NCBI GenBank assembly: GCA_020696385.1
Contig: JAEHCQ010000003.1
Location: 64,001 to 128,000, forward strand
DNA length: 64,000 nucleotides
Reading direction: 5' to 3'
DNA from: Methanobacteriota archaeon
GTDB taxonomy: Archaea > Thermoplasmatota > Thermoplasmata > SG8-5 > JAGLSY01
Part shown: positions 41,401 through 48,955 of the stretch, piece by piece
Layout of the letters: each line of letters opens with the position of its first letter
How positions within the stretch are numbered: the first letter of the stretch is position 1
Made by a program: the position numbers and the translations under genes
Notes under the pieces: model-generated
What the model was told of the DNA's origin: nothing
The model's input: only the letters and a program-made list of their open reading frames with translations
The model's database searches: none

Positions 41401-42227
41401 TCAACCAGATACATTTCTATGCAATTGCAGGTGTGAATATCGCAGGTGTGGGGGCAATGTCCAATGAGGATAATATAACGATCTCACCACCGATTGGCCC
41501 CATCTCGATAGATGGAGATATTGACTTCGCCGCTCAGGCAGTGACCTATGGGTGGGCAGGAGCTGGTATTCCTCTCGATCCATATATCATCGAGAATGTG
41601 GATATCGATTCCACCACAGGTGATGGAATAACCATAATGAACACAAATGCGGACTTCATAATCAGATATGTCAATATATTTGGAGACCAGTCCTTCGGTG
41701 GAATTACCTTGATGAATGTCAATAATGGAGCAATAGAGAATACCACCATGGAGTTCAATTTTGGAGGGATCATACTTGACACGACCTCGAACATCAAGAT
41801 CCGTGACAGCAGGATCTCGAACAATACCATGGATGCCGTAATGATATTCGCATCCAGTAATATCGATTTCATAAAGAACAATATATCCAATTCTGCCACT
41901 GGGATCATGTTTGATACGTCAAATAATATCAATATCACATTCAATGACATATGCAATAATAGTAATGGGGTAATGATAGATATGAACTCCAATACCAATG
42001 TGATCATCTATAACAATTTCATCGGGAACACGGTGCAGGCAATGGATGAGGACATGAGTATGAGCAATATTTGGGATGATATGTCCTTCAGTGGAAATTA
42101 CTGGAGCGATTATACGGATGTGGATATCGCACCAATGGATGGTGTCTGGGACACCCCGTATTTCATATCTGGCGCGGCCTCCGCAATGGATACCTTCGCA
42201 TTGGTGGACCCTGTTATTCCGCCCTGA
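35460..42227 (+). CDS. Large type-II membrane surface protein with a fibronectin type III array and C-terminal NosD-like beta-helix
   Basis: Acidic repeats then a TM segment (ALASIFIVIIMISG); more than ten W..P..DGG.P.TNY.IYRGT...YYY.VSAVN.VGEG FN3 units; C-terminal NNF.GN..GNYWSDY. Confidence 0.9.
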   Translation: MHSEDMDKNVNNDEFDSDISIDEIEVIDDTVKIDTIDNDKIIDDTGKTDIIVDDEIIDDDEIIDDDKIIDDDKIIDDDDIIDDDKIIDDDKIIDDAETIDETEIINDSEPEADTKKPTTKSSGHKASKKINKNALASIFIVIIMISGSFYAGILYGMEDKDSDQVIDKYDFETDSFDNGATLIRKDVKIPEESDEVSEITITNDTISFDYSTDTGAPDYSEGDIVTGTDGDGYLRRIVNITNEDGKVVADTEPVGLDEVILKGEFNATDSLMIDNGTRGWDLTSINHQEIKIDTPIASGVISTKFYYEEFSAYTYARYDWGLKEFTYSLHEKMVFEIDFNITLKGEWKFDPKDMPGLFPQPKFNSFTIWLGGIPLVMQPQFEWGPIIELAANGQFNTGVKVTVDRTSGLSFYDGKWTDLASESRTEEWKPMTFVFSFTAKLGIYADFEILLYGAVGPFIRGEVYFLFTWTPTTNPTLNIDFVLDIYAGLRFKIEFNYWSWSFWGGWKQKTGTLFSIEQSMHIFNLRVDVYDSPYEWPPEPPNNLRAEVPDPSQEEIWVRFDPIENERWPEASRWNIYRNGERLVFHTNPYSGIEVDYIKPMFSRSARYNEVLSQKMFLEDDQLPEPGEETFIIWGRSIDLFDDGASEVIFIDKNVEPGETYVYHIIPSSYRGEGNISDFAVIRFPTNPSVPRSFTASPSWNETGPGNFSHNITLTWQEPDDDGELPIENYMLYKGTQPDFMNTQTYQTFTLDNVTSYVDEDVVKGQSYYYMIMAGNGHLWSSRTTEITTTAFTPPGSISNLTAISGDDYANMTWVAPDDDGGSPITGYQIQRNPEPKTFLVGNVTSFNDTSVTNGITYTYSITAVNEEFGATTPVVVSSTPLSTPSAPYDLNAVEGVASVDLSWSPPSDIGGSPVTNYNIYRGTTPGNEVFITQIGDLTNYNDPGLVNGQVYYYKVSAVNIVGESGLSTEISSIPRTIPDAPQTLTVTAGDGYADLSWSAPAFDGGSGVTAYKIYKGTAPGGEAFFVQIGNTLGYNDTAVANGQVYYYQVTAVNVAGEGALSNEASDTPGRIPDAPQTLTVNAGDSYATLNWLAPAFDGGFPVTNYRIYRGTSPGGEAFLVMIGNSLTFNDTSVTNGQIYYYQVAAVNSEGEGSISNEASDTPLAISSAPLTPSTISGDQYVQLSWTIPADNGGTPVTNYRIYRGTSPGGETFLIEIGNQLSYNDTALANGQIYYYRVSAKNVVGEGAMSSEVSDTPLAIPNSPQSLVAVPGDTIVDLGWNAPAIDGGTPVTNYNIYRGTSPGTEVFLTQIGPVTTYNDNTLVNGQIYYYQVSAVNVIGEGTLSGETSAIPVNVPGTPLNPVTTDGDEYVDITWDAPSDIGGTPVVNYRVYRGTSPGTEVFLTEIGNITNFNDTGLVNGQSYYYQISAVNAVGEGALSTETNGTARATPDAPTGLVAIANNGGMNLTWQPPLIDGGFPVLDYSVYRGTSPGNEVFLASVGGPTTSFDDSGLINGQIYYYKVTASNIVGEGGMSNEASDIPKAVPSEPLSLSTTSGAGYVELSWLAPSDPGGGTISNYNIYRGMAEGGEMFLTQIGNVTTYNNTGLINGDTYHYKVTAANEIGAGPMSNGANDTPLAPPSEPYGLATESGDGYVNITWQVPSLDGGTTITGYRIYRGTSPGGAVFLTQIGNILYLNDTGLTNGVTYYYNVSAVNVIGEGQLSSETDDTPHDLPTAPQTLSAIAGDEYVNLTWAAPADLGGFPVINYKIYKGTSPGTEVFLTQIGNLTYFTDTAINGWTTYYYKVSAVTGIGEGPLSNEANDSPNSKPDAPSNLAEVSGVTFVNLTWDAPLDGGYPVTNYNIYRGNTSGTETYLATVGVQLYYNDSALSPWDDYYYTVSAINLLGEGLNSSEIFGVPQCVPYAPQNLTAFINNVVIDLTWDDPALFTPIDSYYIYRGNESGNLTYYDQVFYPDTTYTDENPIFNQIHFYAIAGVNIAGVGAMSNEDNITISPPIGPISIDGDIDFAAQAVTYGWAGAGIPLDPYIIENVDIDSTTGDGITIMNTNADFIIRYVNIFGDQSFGGITLMNVNNGAIENTTMEFNFGGIILDTTSNIKIRDSRISNNTMDAVMIFASSNIDFIKNNISNSATGIMFDTSNNINITFNDICNNSNGVMIDMNSNTNVIIYNNFIGNTVQAMDEDMSMSNIWDDMSFSGNYWSDYTDVDIAPMDGVWDTPYFISGAASAMDTFALVDPVIPP
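35604..35745 (+). repeat. 18-bp coding tandem repeat (IIDDD[K/E/D]) of about 8 units
   Basis: ATCATTGACGATGATAAG-type units. Confidence 0.85.
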
Positions 42228-42293
42228 TCTTCCCATTTCCAACCAAATCTTTATTTAACGCAATCTATTTCCACCTCGCGCACAGGTGAGAGA

Positions 42294-43433
42294 ATGGAAT
42301 TTGGACTGAACAAAGAACAGGAGATGATGAGGAACACCATCAGAGAATTCGCTCTGAATGAAATTGAGCCCATCGCAGCTGAGATCGACGAGAATGCCAC
42401 CTTCCCGGTGGATACCGTCAAAAAGCTGGGAGAGCTTGGCTTCATGGGAATGACCGTGGCAAAGGAATACGGCGGAGCTGGCATGGACGATGTGAGCTAT
42501 GCGATCGCGGTCGAGGAGATATCCCGAGTATGCGCGAGTCACGGCGTCACAGTGTCCGTGAACAATTCTCTGGTATGCTGGCCCATTAATAAATACGGCA
42601 CAGAGGAACAGAAGCAGAAATATCTCATTCCACTGGCCCGCGGTCAGAAACTGGGATGCTTTGGATTGACAGAGCCAAATGCAGGAACTGATGCATCTGG
42701 TCAGGCAACCATTGCCGAGAAGAAAGGCGACAAATGGGTGATAAATGGCTCAAAGATATTCATCACCAATGGAGCCAATGCCGATGTGGCTGTCATCTTC
42801 GCAATGACGGACAAGTCCAAAGGCACTCGCGGAATAAGCGCGTTCATTATCGAGAACACGTTCCCAGGTTTTTCACTTGGGACCATTGAGAAGAAGATGG
42901 GTATCCGTGGATCCTGCACAGCTGAGCTTGTTTTCGAGAACATGGAAGTTCCTGAAGAGAATATGCTTGGAAAGGAAGGCAGGGGCTTTGGTATCGCGAT
43001 GTCCACGCTGGACGGTGGCAGGATAGGAATTGCCGCCCAGGCATTGGGAATCGCACAAGCCGCGATGGATGCCAGTGTTCAATATGCCAAGGAGAGAGAA
43101 CAATTCAGAAAGCCACTGGCAAAGTTCCAGGCAATACAGTGGTTCCTTGCAGATATGGCGACCGAAATAGATGCTGCCAGGATGCTTGTTTACAAGGCGG
43201 CATTTGACAAATGGCAGAAGAAGCCATATACAGTGTCAGCGGCAATGGCAAAGCTATTCGCATCTGACATATGCATGAACGCCACCAGGAACGCGATCCA
43301 AATCCACGGTGGATATGGATATATCAAGGATTACGCAGTAGAGAGATTCTACAGGGATGCGAAGATAACTGAGATTTACGAAGGAACTTCTGAGGTCCAG
43401 AAGATGGTCATTTCAGGAGCATTATTGAAATAA
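42294..43433 (+). CDS. bcd: Acyl-CoA (butyryl-CoA-type) dehydrogenase
   Basis: FGLTEPNAGTDA, GSKIFITN, LDGGRIGIAAQ, QIHGGYGY, KITEIYEGTSEVQ motifs. Confidence 0.9.
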   Translation: MEFGLNKEQEMMRNTIREFALNEIEPIAAEIDENATFPVDTVKKLGELGFMGMTVAKEYGGAGMDDVSYAIAVEEISRVCASHGVTVSVNNSLVCWPINKYGTEEQKQKYLIPLARGQKLGCFGLTEPNAGTDASGQATIAEKKGDKWVINGSKIFITNGANADVAVIFAMTDKSKGTRGISAFIIENTFPGFSLGTIEKKMGIRGSCTAELVFENMEVPEENMLGKEGRGFGIAMSTLDGGRIGIAAQALGIAQAAMDASVQYAKEREQFRKPLAKFQAIQWFLADMATEIDAARMLVYKAAFDKWQKKPYTVSAAMAKLFASDICMNATRNAIQIHGGYGYIKDYAVERFYRDAKITEIYEGTSEVQKMVISGALLK

Positions 43434-43448
43434 TTTGGAGGAAATAGA

Positions 43449-44234
43449 ATGAACATTATTGTATGTATCAAGCAAGTACCGGACACCACGGACGTTAAGA
43501 TCGATCCGAAGACAGGAACACTCATCAGGGATGGAGTGCCAAGCATTGTGAACCCAGATGACAAACATGCAGTTGAGGAGGCTCTTCGCCTGAAGGAGAA
43601 GTTCGGTGGAAAGGTCACCGCTCTCTGCATGGGACCGCCACAAGCTGACGACGCATTGAGAGAGGTTTCCGCAATGGGTGTGGATGATCTCATTCTGCTA
43701 AGTGACAGGGCCTTCGCAGGTGCTGACACATGGGCAACATCCTATGCACTGGGTATGGCGATAGGGAAGATCGAGTACGATCTGGTCATATGCGGAAGGG
43801 AAGCCATAGACGGCGATACCGCACAGATCGGCCCCCAGCTTGCAGGATGTCTCGATATCCCCCAGATAACCTATGTCAAGAATGTGGAGATGGGCGATGG
43901 CAAGATCCTTTGCGAGCGCGCCCTTGAGGACGGTTACGAAAAGATCGAGGCAAGCCTTCCAGCACTTATCACTGTCATATCTGATCTGAACAAGCCCAGA
44001 TACCCATCAGTGGGTGGCATAGTTGAAGCTTACAGAGAGAAAGAAGTAAAGGTATGGAATGCCGAGTTCATCGGCGCAGACCAGGAACTTCTTGGTCTGA
44101 AGGGATCTCCAACCGAAGTGAGAAAAACTTTCGCGCCAGAGCCAAAGGGAGATGGTGAGATACTTCAGGGAAGCACGGACGAAATGGCCAAACAACTGGT
44201 CACTAAACTTGTAGATAAGAATATTTTGAGGTGA
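43449..44234 (+). CDS. etfB: Electron transfer flavoprotein beta subunit
   Basis: CIKQVPDT, SDRAFAGADTWAT, GREAIDGDTAQIGP, GLKGSPT motifs. Confidence 0.95.
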   Translation: MNIIVCIKQVPDTTDVKIDPKTGTLIRDGVPSIVNPDDKHAVEEALRLKEKFGGKVTALCMGPPQADDALREVSAMGVDDLILLSDRAFAGADTWATSYALGMAIGKIEYDLVICGREAIDGDTAQIGPQLAGCLDIPQITYVKNVEMGDGKILCERALEDGYEKIEASLPALITVISDLNKPRYPSVGGIVEAYREKEVKVWNAEFIGADQELLGLKGSPTEVRKTFAPEPKGDGEILQGSTDEMAKQLVTKLVDKNILR

Positions 44235-44239
44235 TATTT

Positions 44240-45484
44240 GTGGCTGTTATTAAAATTGATGAAGATGCATGTATCGGATGCGGCATATGTGTGAACAAAT
44301 GCCCAGATGCTTATGACCTGAATGATGACCAGAAAGCTATCGTGAAGAACCACAATGCCCCATGCGCACAGATCGGAGCAGATGATTGTCCGGTCGGCGC
44401 TATCGAGATCACTGGCGAGATCGTGCCAAGCGAAGCACCTGCACCAGTAGCTGCTGCCGCTCCAGTGGCAGCACAGCCAACAGGAGATTACAAAGGCGTG
44501 ATGGTCTTTGCAGAGCAGAGAGGCGGAGAGATCAAGAAGGTGACGATAGAGCTTCTTGGACGCGGCCGTGGACTGGCTGATGACCTGGGCGTGGAACTAT
44601 CCGCAGCTCTAATGGGTCATAATGTGGAAGGACTGGCCAAGGATCTTATCGCAAGAGGCGCTGATAAAGTTTACGTTATCAACGATGCAAAACTTGAGAA
44701 TTACAATACTGGTGGCTATACAAAGGCAATGAGCAAGCTCATAAACACAGAGAAGCCCGAGATCGTCCTTTACGGTGCGACACATATCGGCAGGGATCTG
44801 GCTCCAAGGATCGCCAGGGAATTGCATACGGGACTTACAGCTGACTGTACAGAGCTTACCATAGATCTGGAGCAGAGATTATTGCTTCAGACAAGACCAG
44901 CATTCGGCGGAAATATTATGGCCACCATCATGTGCCCGAACCACAGACCACAGATGTCAACCGTTCGCCCAGGCATAATGAAGGAAATGGATGCAGACCC
45001 GGCAAAGACTGGCCAGGTCGTCAACTTTGATGCTGGATTAATAGATGCGGACATAACCACAAGGATCATCGAGATCATCAAGGAGAAGAAGTCAGTAGCT
45101 GGCCTTGAGGATGCGAAGTTCATAGTATCTGGTGGAAGGGGTGTCGGCGGTGCAGATGGTTTCAAGACCATTCAGGCACTGGCAGATGTTCTGGGAGCAG
45201 AAGTGGGCGGATCCAGGGTGGCAGTCGAGAAAGGCTGGATATCCAAGGATCAACAAGTGGGCCAGACAGGAAAAAGTGTCAGGCCAGCTTTGTACATCGC
45301 CTGCGGAATATCAGGTTCGATCCAGCACCGTGCTGGAATGCAGAACGCGGACTTCATCGTGGCAATCAATAAGGACCCGAATGCCCAGATATTCACTGTG
45401 GCTGACATTGGTATTGTTGGCGACCTGTTCGATGTACTGCCAAAGTTGATAAATGAGCTTAAGGCAGCTAATATCGGTGCATAG
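44240..45484 (+). CDS. etfA: Electron transfer flavoprotein alpha subunit with N-terminal [4Fe-4S] ferredoxin domain
   Basis: CIGCGICVNKCP..C..CPVGAI, then an Ala/Pro linker, then GLTADCT, RPAFGGN, QVGQTGK, CGISGSIQH, AINKD. Confidence 0.93.
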   Translation: MAVIKIDEDACIGCGICVNKCPDAYDLNDDQKAIVKNHNAPCAQIGADDCPVGAIEITGEIVPSEAPAPVAAAAPVAAQPTGDYKGVMVFAEQRGGEIKKVTIELLGRGRGLADDLGVELSAALMGHNVEGLAKDLIARGADKVYVINDAKLENYNTGGYTKAMSKLINTEKPEIVLYGATHIGRDLAPRIARELHTGLTADCTELTIDLEQRLLLQTRPAFGGNIMATIMCPNHRPQMSTVRPGIMKEMDADPAKTGQVVNFDAGLIDADITTRIIEIIKEKKSVAGLEDAKFIVSGGRGVGGADGFKTIQALADVLGAEVGGSRVAVEKGWISKDQQVGQTGKSVRPALYIACGISGSIQHRAGMQNADFIVAINKDPNAQIFTVADIGIVGDLFDVLPKLINELKAANIGA

Positions 45485-45544
45485 GTAATAGATACAAAAT
45501 AACTGGATGCTCTTCAAGGGCATCCAGTCACTCTTAATTTCTTT

Positions 45545-45802
45545 TTATTCATTATCACGCTTGAAGATCATGTAGTAAGCGGCAATTATGATACCAACTA
45601 TGAAAACGATAATTATGATCGGAACAATGTTATCGAAGATCCATACCAATACAACATCCACGATTATCTCCATGAAAATGAATATGAGTAACAGTGCGAC
45701 AAGGCCGCCTACCATACCGATCATATAGCCTGTATACCTCAGTGTTTCCCTGAGCTTGCTTTCTGGTTCAGGTTGTGGTGGATACATGGTTAACTCCGAC
45801 AT
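45545..45802 (-). CDS. Small membrane protein
   Basis: Two hydrophobic helices. Confidence 0.6.
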   Translation of the reverse strand: MSELTMYPPQPEPESKLRETLRYTGYMIGMVGGLVALLLIFIFMEIIVDVVLVWIFDNIVPIIIIVFIVGIIIAAYYMIFKRDNE

Positions 45803-45935
45803 ATTATCAATTGACTAAAAATGTATATGAAAATCCCATATGAAAAGTTTGGGGAGCGTATTTGCCGCCCCCCATTCGTTTGTTTTCCATCCCTGTTATT
45901 TCTTCTGAATATGAACTCAGATGAAGATCAGGATA

Positions 45936-46085
45936 TCAGTATCTGTCTCTTCGGGGTGGTCTGTGCTTCTGGTAGCAATCCCTGCAGTATACTGGTCTTC
46001 CTTCTGACGGCTTGAATGGCACTTCGCACTCATTTCCACAATCGGAGCATGTTGCCTTGTGCATCTCTCTATCTCTATTATACAT
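45936..46085 (-). CDS. CxxC-x17-CxxC domain small zinc-binding protein
   Basis: REMHKATCSDCGNECEVPFKPSEGRPVYCRDC; SD-like AGGAG upstream of the ATG at 46085. Confidence 0.88.
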   Translation of the reverse strand: MYNRDREMHKATCSDCGNECEVPFKPSEGRPVYCRDCYQKHRPPRRDRY

Positions 46086-46232
46086 TATTTTATCTCCTAT
46101 TTCACTCATGCCAAAGGATAATCCATCAGCATATGAGTGATGGTTCATTCACAATACTGTATATAATGATATGCACAGATACACAGTGAAATACGGTCAT
46201 AATAAATTGAAATATCTATAATATAAAAGTGG

Positions 46233-46260
46233 GGGCTCTCCGTGATTTTTCGGAGAGCCC
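46233..46260 (-). terminator. GC-rich hairpin plus U-tract after pnp
   Basis: GGGCTCTCCG/CGGAGAGCCC stem, followed on the minus strand by CCACTTTT. Confidence 0.65.
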
Positions 46261-46295
46261 GATTCATTTATGCATTGCCGGGAGACGAGGTGACC

Positions 46296-48554
46296 TTATC
46301 TGCGATCCCTGTTGTCGCGTCCACCGCTTCTGCGGTCCCTACCGCCATCGCGACCGCCTCTTGATGGTGGCCTTCTCTCACGCTTTGGGGGCTCTACATA
46401 TCCCTCTGGCTGTGGTATGAGGGATTTCATTGAAACCTCCACCTTGCCGCGCTCGATCTTGATGATCCTGACCTTCACCTTGTCGCCTTCCTTCAGTTTG
46501 TCAGAGACATTCTCTGTTCTTTCCCAGGCGATCTCCGATACATGCAGAAGTCCATCTGTGTTTCCAAAGAGATTGACAAAGGCTCCAAAGTTCATGATCT
46601 TGACAACTGTGGCCTCCTCAAAGACATCGCCGACTTCGGCCTCTCTGAGCAGTTCCTTTATTGCCGCCTCGGCCTTCTCGGCCTTCTCGGCATTGTCAGA
46701 TGTTATGAGAACCAATCCACTGTCCTCCAGATCGATCTGGACATCGTATTCCTCGGTCAAGGCCCTTATGACCTTTCCACCAGGTCCGATGACCTCTCTG
46801 ATCTTCTCCGGGTCGATCATGAATGATGTTATCCTTGGTGCATATGGTGACATCTGCTCCCTTGTTTTTGGTATGCACTTCTCGATGACATCGATGATCT
46901 CATTTATGGCCTTCCTCATTGGAGGCATTGTGGCCTTGACCATTTCCTTGGATATTCCTCTGGTTTTGGTATCCATCTGAACTGCTGTAAGACCATCGCG
47001 GGTTCCAGTGAATTTGAAATCCATTCCACCGTCACCGTCTTCAAGATCCTGAAGATCGGTAAGTATTTTCCAAGCCTTGCCGTCAGATGCACAACCCATA
47101 GCAATCCCTGCTACTGGTTTCTTGATCGGAACACCAGCATCCATCAGAGCAAGTGTGGAACCACATGTGGCCCCCATTGATGATGAACCATTGGAGCTCA
47201 TAACTTCGCTCACGACCCTAACTGTGTAAGGGAATTCCTCACCCTCTGGGATCATTGGCAGAAGTCCTTTCTCTGCAAGGGCACCGTGACCGATATCCCT
47301 TCTGCTGGCTCCACGCAATGGCTTGACCTCTCCCACACTAAATGGTGGGAAATTGTAGTGGTGGAAGTACTTCATAGTTCCATCACTTTCCATGCTCTCG
47401 ATGGACAGGTCATCACCAGGTGATCCAAGTGTGACAATTGACAAAACCTGAGTTTCTCCCCTTGAGAATAGACCAGTACCGTGTGTTCTTGGCAGAAGAC
47501 CGACATCAGCTTTTAGTTCTCTGATCTCGTCCAGCTTACGGCCATCGACCCTGAGGTCTTTGTCCAGTACAGCCCTTGTGACCTGCTGTTCGATGAATGG
47601 GAAGAAGAATGCCTTCAACAATCCTTTCAGATATTCCGCGGTCGCCTCTTCATCCCTTTCTGGTGTGGCCAGCTTTTTCTTGAAATCATTGACCAATATC
47701 TCTTCCAATCCCTTCAGGATATCCTTTCTCTCGCCTTTTGTTCCTTTCGGGGTATTGAACAGGTATTTGTCAAGATGTGGTATCGCGGCTTTCTTCAACT
47801 GCTCGATCACTGGAGCATCAGATTCCGCTGTGCCTTCTTTCATGATTATCTCATCAGGTCCGGCCTTTGGCTTTCCAACTTCCTTTCTGATACCATCAAT
47901 AAACTTGGCCAGAGGTCCTAAGGCCTCCATTCCTGCCAAGATTCCGTCAGTTATCTGAGCATCAGTCAATTCATTAGAATCCGAGTCAATATTTGTTATC
48001 CTCTCGCCGTCACCCATAAGGACCATGTTCAGGTCAGAGTATTCCAGCTCATCGACTGTTGGGTTGATGACGAACTCGCCATTAACCAGACCGACCCTGA
48101 CACCGCCTATTGGCCCGTCGAAGGGTACCTTGGATATGTGAAGCGCAGTGCAAGCTGCTATCATCGCGGCTATGTCTGGCTTATTTGCGTGATCCATACA
48201 AAGTGGTGTGCATATGACCTGTATATCATTCCTCATCAACTGCGGGAACAGAGGCCTCAGACCCCTATCGATCTTTCTGCTTGTCAATACAGCTTCATTG
48301 GAAGGCCTGCCTTCCCTCTTCAGGAACCTTGGTCCCTTGATCTTTCCTGCAGCGTAATACTTCTCTTCATAATCCACCATAAGCGGGAAGAAGTCCATAC
48401 CTGGCCTTGCTCTTGTGGCCATGCTGACCGTCGCTAATACGACCGTCTCTCCCATCTGCACAGTGACCGAGGCATCTGCCTGGTTTGCTATTCTTCCAGT
48501 TTCCACTATTAATTTCGTTCCATCTATTTCTGTTTCGAACTTTTTTATTTCCAT
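46296..48554 (-). CDS. pnp: Polyribonucleotide nucleotidyltransferase (bacterial-type PNPase with two RNase PH domains, KH and S1)
   Basis: ETGRIANQA, DFFPLMVDYEEKYYAAGKI, REGRP, RVDGR, HGTGLFSRGETQ, HHYNFPPFSVGE, SNGSSSM, GMDFK; KH IREVIGPGGKVI; S1 FGAFV..DGLLHVSEI. Confidence 0.95.
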   Translation of the reverse strand: MEIKKFETEIDGTKLIVETGRIANQADASVTVQMGETVVLATVSMATRARPGMDFFPLMVDYEEKYYAAGKIKGPRFLKREGRPSNEAVLTSRKIDRGLRPLFPQLMRNDIQVICTPLCMDHANKPDIAAMIAACTALHISKVPFDGPIGGVRVGLVNGEFVINPTVDELEYSDLNMVLMGDGERITNIDSDSNELTDAQITDGILAGMEALGPLAKFIDGIRKEVGKPKAGPDEIIMKEGTAESDAPVIEQLKKAAIPHLDKYLFNTPKGTKGERKDILKGLEEILVNDFKKKLATPERDEEATAEYLKGLLKAFFFPFIEQQVTRAVLDKDLRVDGRKLDEIRELKADVGLLPRTHGTGLFSRGETQVLSIVTLGSPGDDLSIESMESDGTMKYFHHYNFPPFSVGEVKPLRGASRRDIGHGALAEKGLLPMIPEGEEFPYTVRVVSEVMSSNGSSSMGATCGSTLALMDAGVPIKKPVAGIAMGCASDGKAWKILTDLQDLEDGDGGMDFKFTGTRDGLTAVQMDTKTRGISKEMVKATMPPMRKAINEIIDVIEKCIPKTREQMSPYAPRITSFMIDPEKIREVIGPGGKVIRALTEEYDVQIDLEDSGLVLITSDNAEKAEKAEAAIKELLREAEVGDVFEEATVVKIMNFGAFVNLFGNTDGLLHVSEIAWERTENVSDKLKEGDKVKVRIIKIERGKVEVSMKSLIPQPEGYVEPPKRERRPPSRGGRDGGRDRRSGGRDNRDRR

Positions 48555-48557
48555 TTT

Positions 48558-48750
48558 TCCAACTCCTTATCTACCAACTCGAAAGTAAATTATAAAATCA
48601 AATTAAACCAATAATCCATCAGCCAGCAATCAAACAAGCGTCCAAAAGTCCAACATCCAACAATCCATCAGTCCAACTAACCAACAATCCAACATTCTCG
48701 AATCCATTTTTCCATCATATTATTTTTCTATTCCAACATGTTTCCAATAT
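48558..48750 (-). promoter_or_regulatory. Long pnp 5' leader with periodic GTTGGA-like repeats
   Basis: TCCAAC-like hexamers on the plus strand, ~8-nt period at 48641-48693; TATA-like CTTATAT (minus) at ~48820. Confidence 0.5.
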
Positions 48751-48955
48751 CATTACAAACATTTTGGTTCTTTCATCTATATTACTTCTTATAGTTAAGA
48801 TAGGCGAGATACTTAATGCATATAAGGGTTTCTATTAATATATTCATATTCAATAAATATCATTGTTTTCCTAAGCTGAATCTGAGCAAATTTAATTATA
48901 GTTAGCTTATCCAAACTCCCAAATACTTGAAATATACTTACGAGTCAGTGATATC

